64,000 nucleotides of DNA. Source: Lytechinus pictus. Its lineage: Eukaryota. The position numbers and the translations under genes are program-made. The notes beneath the pieces are model-generated. The model did not search any database and was not told the origin of the DNA. It was given only the letters and a program-made list of their open reading frames with translations. The first letter of the stretch is position 1; each line of letters begins with the position of its first letter. The DNA is taken from the NCBI RefSeq assembly GCF_037042905.1, contig NC_087251.1, forward strand, positions 48,486,001-48,550,000. The letters are read 5' to 3'. Positions 45,276 to 56,876 of this stretch are shown piece after piece.

Positions 45276-45600
45276 TTGTCATTGTTCAAAACCCACCTAC
45301 ACCCGACAAAGGAAATTATAATTGGTATGGTGTCGAAAATCTGTCTATCTGACGGTCAATCGGATCGGGGTCGCCCTAGCCACTAACCCGTCTCTGTGGT
45401 CTAGTGGTTAAGGCTCCGGCGTTCAAAGCTGGGGGCCCGGGTTCGATTCCCGGCAGAGACATTTTTTCGGCATCACCAATTTTTCCAAAGGGCAGATAGC
45501 TCTTGGGAACCTTGATTTAAGCTACGCCTACCATTGTTCTCTTCATCCATTTCTTTCACAAAATATTTAAATAAAAGAGTTGCCAAAGCTGTTGTACATA
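45276..45600 (+). mobile_element. tRNA-containing repeat, near-full copy
   Basis: Near-identical to 7877-8200. Ends next to (CA)n(TA)n. Confidence 0.9.
45390..45461 (+). tRNA. tRNA-like gene, anticodon TCA, all stems paired
   Basis: 7-bp acceptor GTCTCTG/CAGAGAC, D stem GTCT/AGGC, anticodon stem CCGGC/GCTGG with loop GTTCAAA, T arm CCGGG-TTCGATT-CCCGG, discriminator A, then T6. Confidence 0.65.
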
Positions 45601-45608
45601 TATGATTT

Positions 45609-45649
<41 letters not shown>

Positions 45650-45897
45650 GAACCCTCTAATGAACTCATCCCCGCACACCTGACCTCACTTCACACTTAA
45701 CTTTACTGTCAACAATACACTATACTTACGGTAACAATATATTCTATACTTCGTTACATATCGACTCACCATTACCTTATATGAATAATTGATTATTATT
45801 TATGGACTATAATTACTTATCTCCGTTCTATATTGCATTGTATTGTACTTATCATTATTATTAGTAGGCCTATATTTTGTATTTCATATATTGGTTT

Positions 45898-45933
45898 AGA
45901 TCCTGATGAAGGGCATGTGCCCGAAAGCATGAT
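45898..45933 (+). ncRNA. Degenerate minimal type I hammerhead-ribozyme-like motif
   Basis: ATC-CTGATGA-A-GGGC(ATGT)GCCC-GAAA-GC-AT-GAT. Core boxes and stem II are intact. The cleavage-site triplet is non-canonical and stem I is only 3 bp. Confidence 0.5.
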
Positions 45934-48022
45934 GAAGACTGGTATTGACCTTGCTACGGCCCTCTCCATACTCTTGATATCAAATATATATATATATATA
46001 TATATTCATTATATGTGATGTGCGAACGAATACCACTGGAAAAAAATGATTGAGTGGGTCGTGTAGCTTAATTATCACTGAGGCGAACTGGACGAGGGAG
46101 AGGATCGAATCGGTGTGGATGCCAAAAAAGCTTTTGGGCGAAGTGATGGAGAAGTCATTGTGTCGTTTCAGACAAAGACCCATATTCTGATACTTGGATT
46201 ATTTTCAACCATGGTCTAATTTTAGGCTAAAATTATCTATATATTATTAGACATGTTACTACTTTCCTTACTATTCTTTTCTGATACTCAAATTCCAAGA
46301 AATATACACGAAGGATCGCCCAAACTCAGTGTGCTCAAGTCAAAGGACTAATATCATTAATTCTATGAATTAAACATTGAATTTTATACTTTTCTTCTGT
46401 CCACCGTTGAACCTCGGGCTAAAGTTAATGGTGTTCGCAAGAGATAGTTGACATGGTTGAGAGAAGTGGTGAGAATGATACAAAGGAACGTCATGGCATG
46501 TAAATAGAAACATGTGGAGTGGGATATTATACTGTTCTTAAGAAAACTAGAGCCGTAAATCATCAGAATTGTCTTTGTACTTTACACTTCGCTGAGCTTA
46601 CCTCCTGATAACCTCAAATCATACAAGACGAAGAAAAAGTGTGAGCGCACGCAAAACACACACAAACACGCACACCCTTTCACGCTCACACATCTCCACG
46701 CACACACTTCTACCTTCACTCACTCATCAAAAGACACACCTCTGCATTCCCTCACATACCTCACACACATATATACACACAAATATATATTATACAGACA
46801 CTCACATCCGTACCCTCATACACACCCACACACAAACAGCAAAAATCCATACAGACAGAAAGAGATAAAAAAAGAAAGGGAGAGAATGAGAATGAATATT
46901 GTGAAGATATTGGAAAGGCAAAAAAAAGCTGTCCGAGGAGAGAGTCGGCCGTCCAAGAGCTCAAGTAGATGTGATATGACGTCATCACGAGGGATCGTAG
47001 CTTCGCAATAAACGCTGTGCATATTTACCCACCAAGATTTGTCTATATCTCAAGAGCTGGGATGTAAACTTTTTGTCCCATTCGATATTCTCTTTTTTCT
47101 ATTACCACTGCAAGCCGCCGCGGCCTGTCAGATCGAAATATTGGGTATATTAGAATCATGCCGGCAAGCTCACATTGGTCGTGAATTCGCGGGTGTACCC
47201 CCTCCACCACCTCCCTTGAGTAGAATCCAAGTATAAATAAACATATGTTCACTTGCTTGTCTTTCGCCTGTCCCCCGCTCCTCTGTCTACCATTCTTAAT
47301 TAATTCATATAATCCTTCGAATCAATTATTTCTCTCTATTTCATATGGAAAGAAACTTAAAATTGATACCTACGAAAACATGATACGGTCTTCTTTGTAA
47401 ACCCTTGCAAGTACAATATTAACACACCGCAGAGTGCAGGGCACGTGTTTACTACATGTGTATATGGGAATCTGAGTAACAGGTTGGTGGAAGGGCAGTA
47501 TTTAACCGCTCTTGTTCTGGTATAATAAAAAAATATATATTGATTTGTTCACCGTCTTTCAAACACTGCCCCTGTACAATCATGTGTGTGTATGTGTGCT
47601 TTGCAAGCTACTCGTTAATTTTGAATTAACATTTAGATATTTCACGATATGTCACATTTTTGGATGCATGGTTGAAACCACAATGATGTTCAAGCCCACA
47701 TGATTACATTGCAAAACCCTCTCGTCATTAAAATTTGAGAGGCCATGAATATTCAAAGGAAAGAACACTTTCAAATATACCCAAGAGAAAGGAAGAGGGA
47801 AAGGAGAAGGAAAGAAAGAAAAAAAAAGAAAGAAGAAAAGAAAGAAAGAAAGAAAGAAAGAATGAAAGAAAGAATGAAAGAAAGAAAGAGAGGGAGAGAG
47901 AAAGAAATTAATGTTGGACTGTAGTCTGGTAGGGGCGAACGTGGCCTCCTGAATTTTATATTTGAAAAAAAAATGTGTCTGGGTCTTTTGGCTTTGATGT
48001 TATGTCTTATTTAAATGAATTG

Positions 48023-48254
48023 CACTGTGAAAAATATTGGGTAAAATTTTAACCAGCACGAGGATAACTATGTGTCCAACCAATTTGGGGCAATATTTTA
48101 CCCAATGGGGGAAGCATATTGTCCAGTAAGGTTTAAAATAGGCAGCAATTACTTTAGAATGGGCAAAATTTTCATCACACTGGATAGATAAAAATGGTTG
48201 GTTGGACACATAATTACCCTTATGGAACATTCTTACCCCATATGTTTTGGAGTG
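48023..48254 (-). mobile_element. CACT-terminated MITE (same family as 31803-32046)
   Basis: CACTGTGAAAAATATTGGGTAAAA...TTACCCATATGTTTTGGAGTG. Confidence 0.75.
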
Positions 48255-48457
48255 TATATGACATAGTGGGGTTTCGTAATTGATGTATTTTGCTCATCAT
48301 TTTGTCAGATCATTATTTTCAAGTGAACAAGTTTGATGAAAAAGCTTCCAAAGTCGCTCCTTCACCATTTTTAAGAGGTAGATAAAATGTAATATCTCTT
48401 AACATAATAGTTTTGTTCAATTTGACTTATTTTCTTCTCTCTTTTTCTCTTTTACAG

Positions 48458-49380
48458 GTTTTGGTATGACCTCTCCGTCCACGGAATGGGGCCGAGCAAT
48501 GCTGATCGTGTATGGGTTACCCGGATGTGCCGCTTGTATCCTCTTCTTCAACATATTCCTCGAGCGCCTTATCACGTTCCTGGCCTACGTCATGAAGCAG
48601 TGCCACGAGCGGAGGATACGCAAGATCAAGGACCAGCACCAGAACGGCCAGGCTAAAAATGGCGGACGGCGACCTTCGGAACAGTCGGACGACGACCTGG
48701 AAAACTGGAAGCCTTCAGTGTACTGGGTCTTACTATACCTGGGGATATCAGCCACCACCATTGCCTGCATCGCCTCCGCAGTTTATACCCATGCAGAGAC
48801 AGGATGGGATTTTCTGGACAGTTTCTATTTCTGTTTTGTCGCTTTCAGCACGATTGGTTTCGGGGACTATGTGACAAGTCAGGATTATACGTACGACCAT
48901 CAGTACTTGTATCGTTTTGGTAATTTTATCTTCCTTACAGCGGGAGTGTGTTGTATCTATTCTCTCTATAATGTAGTATCTATCGTGATTAAACAGTTCT
49001 TGAATTGGGCCATCAAGAAACTTGACTGTAGGTGTTGCGTCCGGAAGCGACCGCGGCCGCGGCGGAACGCAATCACCCCAGGTCATCTCCAGAGACAAAT
49101 GAACTCTGCCGGGAAACGCCACAATGGCCCGGGTAATGTGGAGGTCACTGATTATGACAGCGAGACGGACGGACGTCGGATGTCTGATGAGATGATCAGT
49201 ATGAAGGATTTCTTGGCAGCAAATAAAGTGTCATTAGCCGTCATGCAAAAGCAGCTTTACGAAACATCCCAGCACCGACACCATTCCAGCAAGAATGGTG
49301 TGGGACAAGGACTTAGCCAGGGAGTAGGGGGCCTCGCCATGCTCAATAACAAACTACAAGAGACAGACAGGCGTGATTGA
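48458..49380 (+). CDS. KCNK13: Terminal coding exon of a THIK-subfamily two-pore-domain K+ channel (KCNK13/KCNK12-like)
   Basis: Polypyrimidine tract and TTTACAG acceptor end at 48457. The exon starts in phase 1 inside the first pore motif (g|GT TTT GGT ATG = G-F-G-M-T-S-P). It has TM2 (LIVYGLPGCAACILFFNIFLER), WKPSVYWV, second pore loop FCFVAFSTIGFGD, TM4 (GVCCIYSLYNVVSIVIKQ) and the THIK-type tail DSETDGRRMSDEMISMKDFLAANKVSLAVMQKQL...GVGGLAMLNNKLQET. An invertebrate gene may be co-orthologous to KCNK12 and KCNK13. Confidence 0.95.
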
Positions 49381-52300
49381 CAATTACTGAGAAATGTCAA
49401 TCGCCTTTAGAAGAGAATGCTTCGCAGCAAAGTCATTACCTAAATTAGTTGCCTTCATCAAGCGAGGATAAACCGACGAGTGTCTAAAATTTGTTCTACA
49501 AGATGCCGCTGGGATAAAAAGCGCAGGAATACCAAAATATAATATTTCAAAATATATCCTACCCAGAAATCACATTTTACTACTATCCCGTAAACAAATT
49601 CAGCACCAAAATATCAGGAAAAATGATGAGATGATTGCATCACCTTACACACGACGAACCCTCACGTGGAGGTTGGATGCCGATCCCGTAGCCTAGGTAA
49701 CGAAAAGCAATCTACCTAATGGCCTATGCAAATGTAATCTACATTACCAAAGGAACGCGTAAAGAGCATATCTGGAAGCCCGTTGTCATGGCGTCTCCAC
49801 AACTCAACTTTGTGACTTTGATGAAAAAGCACACGTCTGGATGGTGTGTCTATTCACTAGAAATACAATCTGCAACATGAAAGGGATTATGTGATCGCGT
49901 AAATGAAGATGATAGACTCGGCATGATGATAAAACTTTAATGGAGCTATCCAGAGGTTACATAGCTCTTTGTGAATGGGAGTTCAGATACAAAATAGCAA
50001 ATTATAATTAAGAAATCAACTTGATTCACGTTTGGAAGAAAACCAGCTTAAATTAACAAAAAAAATTGAATTTCTTGTGTTGATCCGTTCATTCTGTGAA
50101 AATGTTAACGTAAAGTGTTTGGCCGATACTATCTGCATCCTACGAATTACTGCACAATCTGACCCTATATTAAGGAGCCTCTGCCTGGAATGGATTATAG
50201 AGTTAATGAAAGGATAACAAATGGTCACATTCATCTAGCGAACAAAGTTCACATCTAAAGATCAAACTAAACACTCCCCTCTCAGATCAAATATTTATTG
50301 TGTTTTTGTTACTAAAAAATGGAAGTATTCTAAATTCATCACTCAATTTCAAGGTGATCTTTACATCTGGTATATACATTGATGAATATTCGGTGGAAAT
50401 AATCCCGATTGTGATTTTAATGCACGTTTAACTTTTATAAGATATGTTGCCTGCGTAATTGCTATGAATAATGATAATGTTTAACACGGCCAATATATAA
50501 ATCACAAAAATAGAATTAGTTCAACTAAAATGCATGTCAGTTGTTCTAATTTCATATTTCCATCCCAATAAAAAAAACACTCGACAAAATTGATGTTACC
50601 CATTATTTAAAATAATTTTTATCAAGCCTCCCACAATGCCATACTATTTCAAATGCATCATTGTGATACTTGATAAGATAATTCCTCTTGCAGCTCCAAA
50701 AAGCTAAACTGGAATGAACTTTGCAATATGTCGTGATGATAACTAAAGAATATTTTTCATCAATGCGTCGACATTGGAAATATCTGTGCCATTATAATGA
50801 CACCCACATTACATTTCTAGTGATAAAATAGGCTGACGTAGGGATATCAAAAGATAGCAGAGTTGTATAAAACACGGGTATTTGTTTTGTCTCTCGCCGA
50901 CTGACGATATCACCCTCTTATCCAACTACAATTTAATGCTCATGGAAAATTAAAATGTGATATCTTAACAATGGGAAATGTCCATCCGTGATATCGAATT
51001 AATTTCTCGCATTAAAAGTTTAATTGCATTCGGCATTTCGAAATGATCATGCGCAATGTAGCGAAAAGTAGATACGCTAAGCCTATATCAGCCTTTACAA
51101 GAGTTACGTAATCAACTATATAGTATGCAAATATATTAGGGAATTTAGAAGAATGGTTCACAAAGTGACCTTATATCAATTTTTCATGAACAAACATACA
51201 TTTTCATACGTGTGTATATGTATATATTTATGAACATTTTAGAATATACTGTTAAGACCAGTGTTTCATTATTTTTTTTGCACTGAGGTCATTAATAATT
51301 ATGTAATCGAATGAAAATTTCATTATGTAGTCAGTGCAAAATGCGTTGCCATAGCCTTGAACTTTTTAATTTTAAATATCTTGAGAAGCGTTTATCAGAG
51401 AATCGTTAGATGTGTTGTGAAGATAAGAACAGCGAATTCCAAACTAAAATAAAATGTGTTATTTTCCAAATATTCATGTTCTCCTTTTTAATGCAAAATG
51501 CTCTCTTTTTTAATGCAAAATATCACTGAGTTTTGTGACTTTAGTAGAAACTTTATCAGTGAAGGAGTTGAGGCTGATCACGCTGATGTCGAGTTAATAG
51601 TAAAAAATAGTGACTAACTTAGATTTCTCGAGACATATAGAACATCATATTTCCTTCACTATTGTCCATATTATGTGGCTTGTTTGGGAAATGTACTATT
51701 TCTCTCAGGGCCAGTCAATATTGATATAATGTTCATTGTAATCCAATGTAATGTAATGTAATGACATTTTATAGAGTAAAAATCAGGTTCCATAGTTTGG
51801 CTTTCTATTTCACACTTAAGTAATTTCAATTATTTATTTGATGACCATCAGTCCAAGAGAGAGAAAGAAAGAGAGTGTGAGAAGGAGAGAGAGATTATAG
51901 CATCAATGATATAAATGCTCCCCCCCCCTGGGCCGCCGCCTATGATCACATATTTGGTTTTTTTTTCCAGATAGTATCACCATTTATATTACAATGCCAT
52001 TTTTTCAAAATATTTGGATAGATTGTGAAGGTTACACTTGTTTTAATCTCTTAGAAAATATTCCATGTAAAACAATCGTTTTTTAATCTGAGGGGGTGTA
52101 TGGCAGTATATTTCGATTAGCAAACTGAGATAGCAATATATAGTAGTTGACACTGACTTATACTAATTTAACATGTTTAAGCTTTGCCGCGTGCAAGTAC
52201 ACAACATTTAATATCATTTTCAGCTCAAAATATGCAATCTATTTTACTTGGAAATGAATGAAAATTGTCATTTTCCAAAAAATAACATGGATTACATGGC

Positions 52301-52486
52301 AATCAGCCCTGTAAGTTGGAGAATATCCGCAGGACATCATGTACTTCATTAGACAATGATATTAGAGCACGGATAACACCAATATGAGGATTTCTGTAGG
52401 TAAACCGTAGTAAAGAGATTTCTTTATATTTTTTTAACCCATATGTGTGTCCACTTGTCAGAAACTTCAGTCCACAAAGCTCATAA

Positions 52487-52600
52487 ATGGTATAGTTGCA
52501 CCAACGAAACCGACTCCATATCGACCGATAATAGAACATTCGATACAACGTTATAGCTTTGATTGGTCTGGATTCAGTTTCATCGGTATGACTGTACCAT
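52487..52600. mobile_element. Short palindromic MITE remnant in the putative 3' UTR
   Basis: ATGGTATAGTTGCACCAACGAAACCGACTCCA...TGGATTCAGTTTCATCGGTATGACTGTACCAT. The AACGAAACCGACTC arm also forms the hairpin at 43456-43502. Confidence 0.6.
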
Positions 52601-53823
52601 ACAGCGTTCAAGTGACGCGGCTTATTTTGATATTTATATTAAATGAATGTATTATTGGCTGTATTTAAGGATGAGCGCGTGGCTTGGTGGTGTGGTTATT
52701 ATAGCAATACAGCGATTTTAGATAATGCAGAATAAAATCGAAGATTACGAACTATTTTATATAACATATACCAATAGATTTATTACTTCAAGAAAACTTA
52801 TGTTATTTTTTTTCACATTATCTTATGAAAGTGATATTTTGATTAGGGATTTATGATAAATGATGTTGCGACTTGTTTGTATTTTTATTAGATATTTCAT
52901 TAACACATGATAGACATAAGTCGATTGTAATATTCTAACAGGGAAGCATATACTTCAAACTCTATATAAATAATGACCGATATATATGACTCGGAATTGC
53001 TTTAAAATGTAGTTAGAAGAAGAGGTCTAGTGTTATTTTCTATAATGATTTCAGTTTCTATACTTGTAAATATGATATATTTTCTTCCACGCCGAAATTA
53101 ACTGTTTGCTTATCATCTATTCCGATAGTTTTTACCAGATAATTATTTTGATGAATTTCCATGATTTTTATAACCTTACAAATGTGATGATTTTGTCGTG
53201 TCATGTAATGCTTGTGATTCCTTTTCGGAGTGGCATTTATTGCTTAGGAATACTTTGTCGGTGAAACCATTTCCTTTCAATGTTGGCGTATTTATCATAA
53301 TGAATAGAAAGTTTGAATATTTTGCTATCTTTCTTTTGCATCTTATCTATGGAAGGAAGAAATATACAATTAGTCATATCAAATCATGATTTTGAATAAA
53401 TATATACAACCTGCGAAAAACCAAGAAAAACCTCGCAAAAGATTTTAGTATCCAAGTTTTTTTTTAGTAGTGTATACTCCTAAGAAATTTGGTATGGACA
53501 CTGTTTCTGTATCAAATTTAGTATACTGGCCAATATTTCTAAACTGTTATAAGTTAAATATGTTGTTGAAAATTTTATGCTTTGCTGAATTAGTTTATGA
53601 AGTTACTATTTTGCTTGCACCTTGATAAGGTATGGACAAATCATACATCTCAGTTGGTAACTGATCAACTGAACATAAATGCTTCTAACTCCTATACATG
53701 TATTAAATATATTTCATATCAGCGAGGACAAATAATGAAAACATCTGAAACTGAGAGGCTGAGATAAGACATCCGTGAACAAATGGATAAAAGATCAAAA
53801 CTAATCAAAATAAATCATATTTG

Positions 53824-54074
53824 TATTTTGAAGCGATTGAACAAACAACATTTATTGATCAAATTTCTAAATATAGTTTATACTATACGCATTTATATTC
53901 ACATTTATTGATGAATGTATAAGAACGATGAATGCGACCATATTTATCGTCGAGAGTATTTTGAAATTATCGAACAATCATAACATCTATTGATCAAACT
54001 TCTAAGTATGGTTTTATACTTAACGCTTTTTATATTTTCATTTATTCATAAATGTACACGAATATTAATGCGAG
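53824..54074. repeat. Diverged ~133-bp tandem duplication
   Basis: TATTTTGAA...GAACAA...TATTGATCAAA.TTCTAA...CATTTATT...AATGCGA present twice. Confidence 0.75.
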
Positions 54075-54341
54075 TATAAAGATCACAATGTTTTTTATGA
54101 AAGGCATTATTAGGTGTAATAAATTAGAATATTGAAAGCGAAATATTTTTGGCTTTAAAAGATGATATCTAAAATGTGATTTGAGATTTCATATTGCACA
54201 AACATTTCGGAAGAGGTTATGATTCCGTCGAAAGAAGATATACAGAGTCCCTTTTCGTGTATTATTTATTAAGTCATTATGGTTGTTGAATACGTTATTT
54301 CGTATAACTGCATTATTGCTACCAATTAATTAAACCAATGA

Positions 54342-54376
<35 letters not shown>

Positions 54377-55207
54377 TATATATATATATATATATATATA
54401 AAACGATATAATTACTTCTTCATTGTTTGACATAGCAGAAATCTGATTTGTCAAAATCGACATATTTCTAAGATATTTGTTTAGATACCATCTTTTCTTA
54501 AAAAAAAACATTATATTTATCTAACTCGATTTTAATAAATGCTAGTTACCTTATCTACTTTCTGTTACTAAATGGAGAGCATCTCTCCCATTTTTGCTAT
54601 ATTTTCGATTGGTGGTATGAATTGCATAATATTGGTTTAATTGCATCTTATTATACGTCAGTGTGTGTATGTATAGATACCATAAGTATATCATCATGAT
54701 ATAGATATTTACATAAAATAATTTGAAAGCCTGCATACAATCTTATATTTCCATTCTCTACTCGCTTTGACGAGCTAGAACTTGTTATTATGAATAAATT
54801 GCTCTGTCATTTTTCAATGATATCTGCGTTGCTGGAATTTGTTTTCTTTGTTATTGTGTTTATTCATCTTTTTCTAGCTTAATCTGTGCATATATGTAAA
54901 CATTCATTCAAACTGTATCTTCCTAAGAATATTTCTGTCTTTATGACTCAAAAGGCCATTCAGCAGGCGTTACCCATGTTTAATTTTGATTGCCGTTATC
55001 TCTTCTACATTTCTCGTATAACTCATGCCAATAATTTTCATACCATCTGTAATTTCAAGTTCTCCCATGGGCATATGTATATATGTCACGTGCTTCAGCG
55101 CAAAAGATTTGTTTTGGGGGGACATCTACAGTAAAAAATTAAAAGATATAAACCTCTGCATGACGCCCATATATATGTGTATAATATATATATATATATA
55201 TATATCC

Positions 55208-55531
55208 AAAAACCCACCTTCACCCGACAAAGGAAATTATAATTGGTATTGTGTCGAAATTCTGTCTATCTGACGGTCAATCGGATCGGGGTCGCCCGAG
55301 CCACTAACCCGTCTCTGTGGTCTAGTGGTTAAGGCACCGGCGTTCAAAGCTGGGGGCCCGGGTTCGATTCCCGGCAGAGACATTTTTTCGGCATCACCAA
55401 TTTTTCCAAAGGGTAGATAGCTCTGGGGAACCTTGATTTAAGCTACGCCTACCATTGTTCTCTTCATTCATTTCTTTACAATATTTAAAATAAAAGAGTT
55501 GCCAAAGCTGTTGTACATGTATAACTTCACA

Positions 55532-55537
<6 letters not shown>
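55208..55537 (+). mobile_element. tRNA-containing repeat, near-full copy between (TA)n tracts
   Basis: Near-identical to the other copies. (TA)n on both sides. Confidence 0.9.
55311..55382 (+). tRNA. tRNA-like gene, anticodon TCA, all stems paired
   Basis: GTCTCTGTGGTCTAGTGGTTAAGGCACCGGCGTTCAAAGCTGGGGGCCCGGGTTCGATTCCCGGCAGAGACA followed by T6. Good A and B boxes. Confidence 0.65.
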
Positions 55538-55572
<35 letters not shown>

Positions 55573-56499
55573 TCGGCTGCAATATACAACCTATTGGTGT
55601 GAAGTCCATCTTTTCACTTCTGACTCTTTGCTCCTTCTCAGTAACTTAAATTATATCTCATGGATTTCAACATCTCCGTCATTCCGTATCGCCATTATCT
55701 CAGTCATTCCAGTATTCATTGTCTCCGTAATTTCAGTATTTCGGTATCTCAGTAATTTCAGTACTTTTAGTATCCTCACTCATCTCAGTATATTCAGTAT
55801 TCTCACTCCTTAGAGTCAGTACTTTCGTACTTCTGCTTTTCCGACCATACATTCACGTAGCTCCGTACAACGAAATAACGACAAGCAGAAAGCATAGTAT
55901 TAATTTCTTATAACTTTACTAAGGAAATCATGCTCATCCTGTCGCAGCAGATTCTAATAAAAATTGGAAAGAGTTGCGATCAGAAACCTCTTACAACCAA
56001 TCATATTGCATGGCTCATAGTCGAGCATGGAGCCCAATTATGCTCAACCACTATAGAGGCCGCTTGTCAGGCTGTAAACTTAGAGCTTATTTCAAAAATA
56101 GAAAAACAATGGTAATTGTCACTTCTATTCATACCCGAACAGTAAATAATAATTGAAAATACATATCTAACCTAATCATACAGGTGTAAACATAGTTATT
56201 TCTCAGCAAGTAGTGCTTAATTAGATTCTACAGAAAATTTCGACGTGATATATTACAAACGATTACCGTTTTCCCCTATACAGTCTATATACATGGATTA
56301 AAAATTATTCTACTCCTGGAAGTATGTATGATCAATTTGTTATATAACATCAACATTTTTTTACAAAGAGATTTAAGTTTACAAAATATTCCGACACCTT
56401 TTAACAGCCGGTTATACACATTAACACGAAATATTTTTCATCAATGAATTTCTTGTGTGTTACATGAGCTAGATTGGTTTCCTTGACCTTTATAACAAT

Positions 56500-56780
56500 A
56501 TCATTAATATTTTTGTTTTCATTTGTAAAGACCATTAAGTTTTTTTAATTTCAATTCATAACAAGTTTACTATCTCAGAGCATGTTTACAAGTTCACATT
56601 CAGCATTAAAATAAGGTTTTTGTACATACATTTTATTGCGACATGAATAAGCTAGTATCATCTGCAAATTGAATCAGTGGTAAATTTCGAGACATGGAAA
56701 ATACTATTGACATATAACATAAAGAGAAGGAGCTTCGGAATTGAACCCTGGGCTACCCCGCATGTAACATTAATAACATC
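56500..56780 (-). pseudogene. Decayed non-LTR retrotransposon (CR1/L2-like) reverse-transcriptase fragment
   Basis: Minus-strand translation with frameshifts gives VTCGVAQGSI...LLFMLYVN...LIQFADDTSLF, i.e. the GVPQGS and FADD RT motifs. Confidence 0.8.
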
Positions 56781-56876
56781 TCGAATTCTTCAATTTTCAT
56801 GAATTACTGAGTTTCATTTAATTAATTCCACAATATTTTGCGTATGACTTATTATATCCGATACAGTTTTACATAA

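Larger units (their letters stand above)
49381..54830 (+). other. Putative long 3' UTR of the channel gene with candidate poly(A) signal
   Basis: AT-rich, largely repeat-poor stretch after the stop. AATAAA at 54793-54798 is followed by a T/GT-rich tract (~54836-54875). Other AATAAA hexamers exist upstream, so the end is inferred. Confidence 0.4.

Noticed and set aside
45390..45461. Selenocysteine tRNA gene
   Set aside because: The anticodon fits, but it is 72 nt with a 4-nt variable loop and 7/5 stems, unlike tRNA-Sec, and it is embedded in a multi-copy repeat.
48585..49122. Overlapping antisense and alternative-frame ORFs
   Set aside because: These are shadows of the GC-richer channel exon.
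49381..54830. SECIS element that would make the TGA a Sec codon
   Set aside because: None recognisable by eye. A SECISearch run would be needed, so no claim is made.
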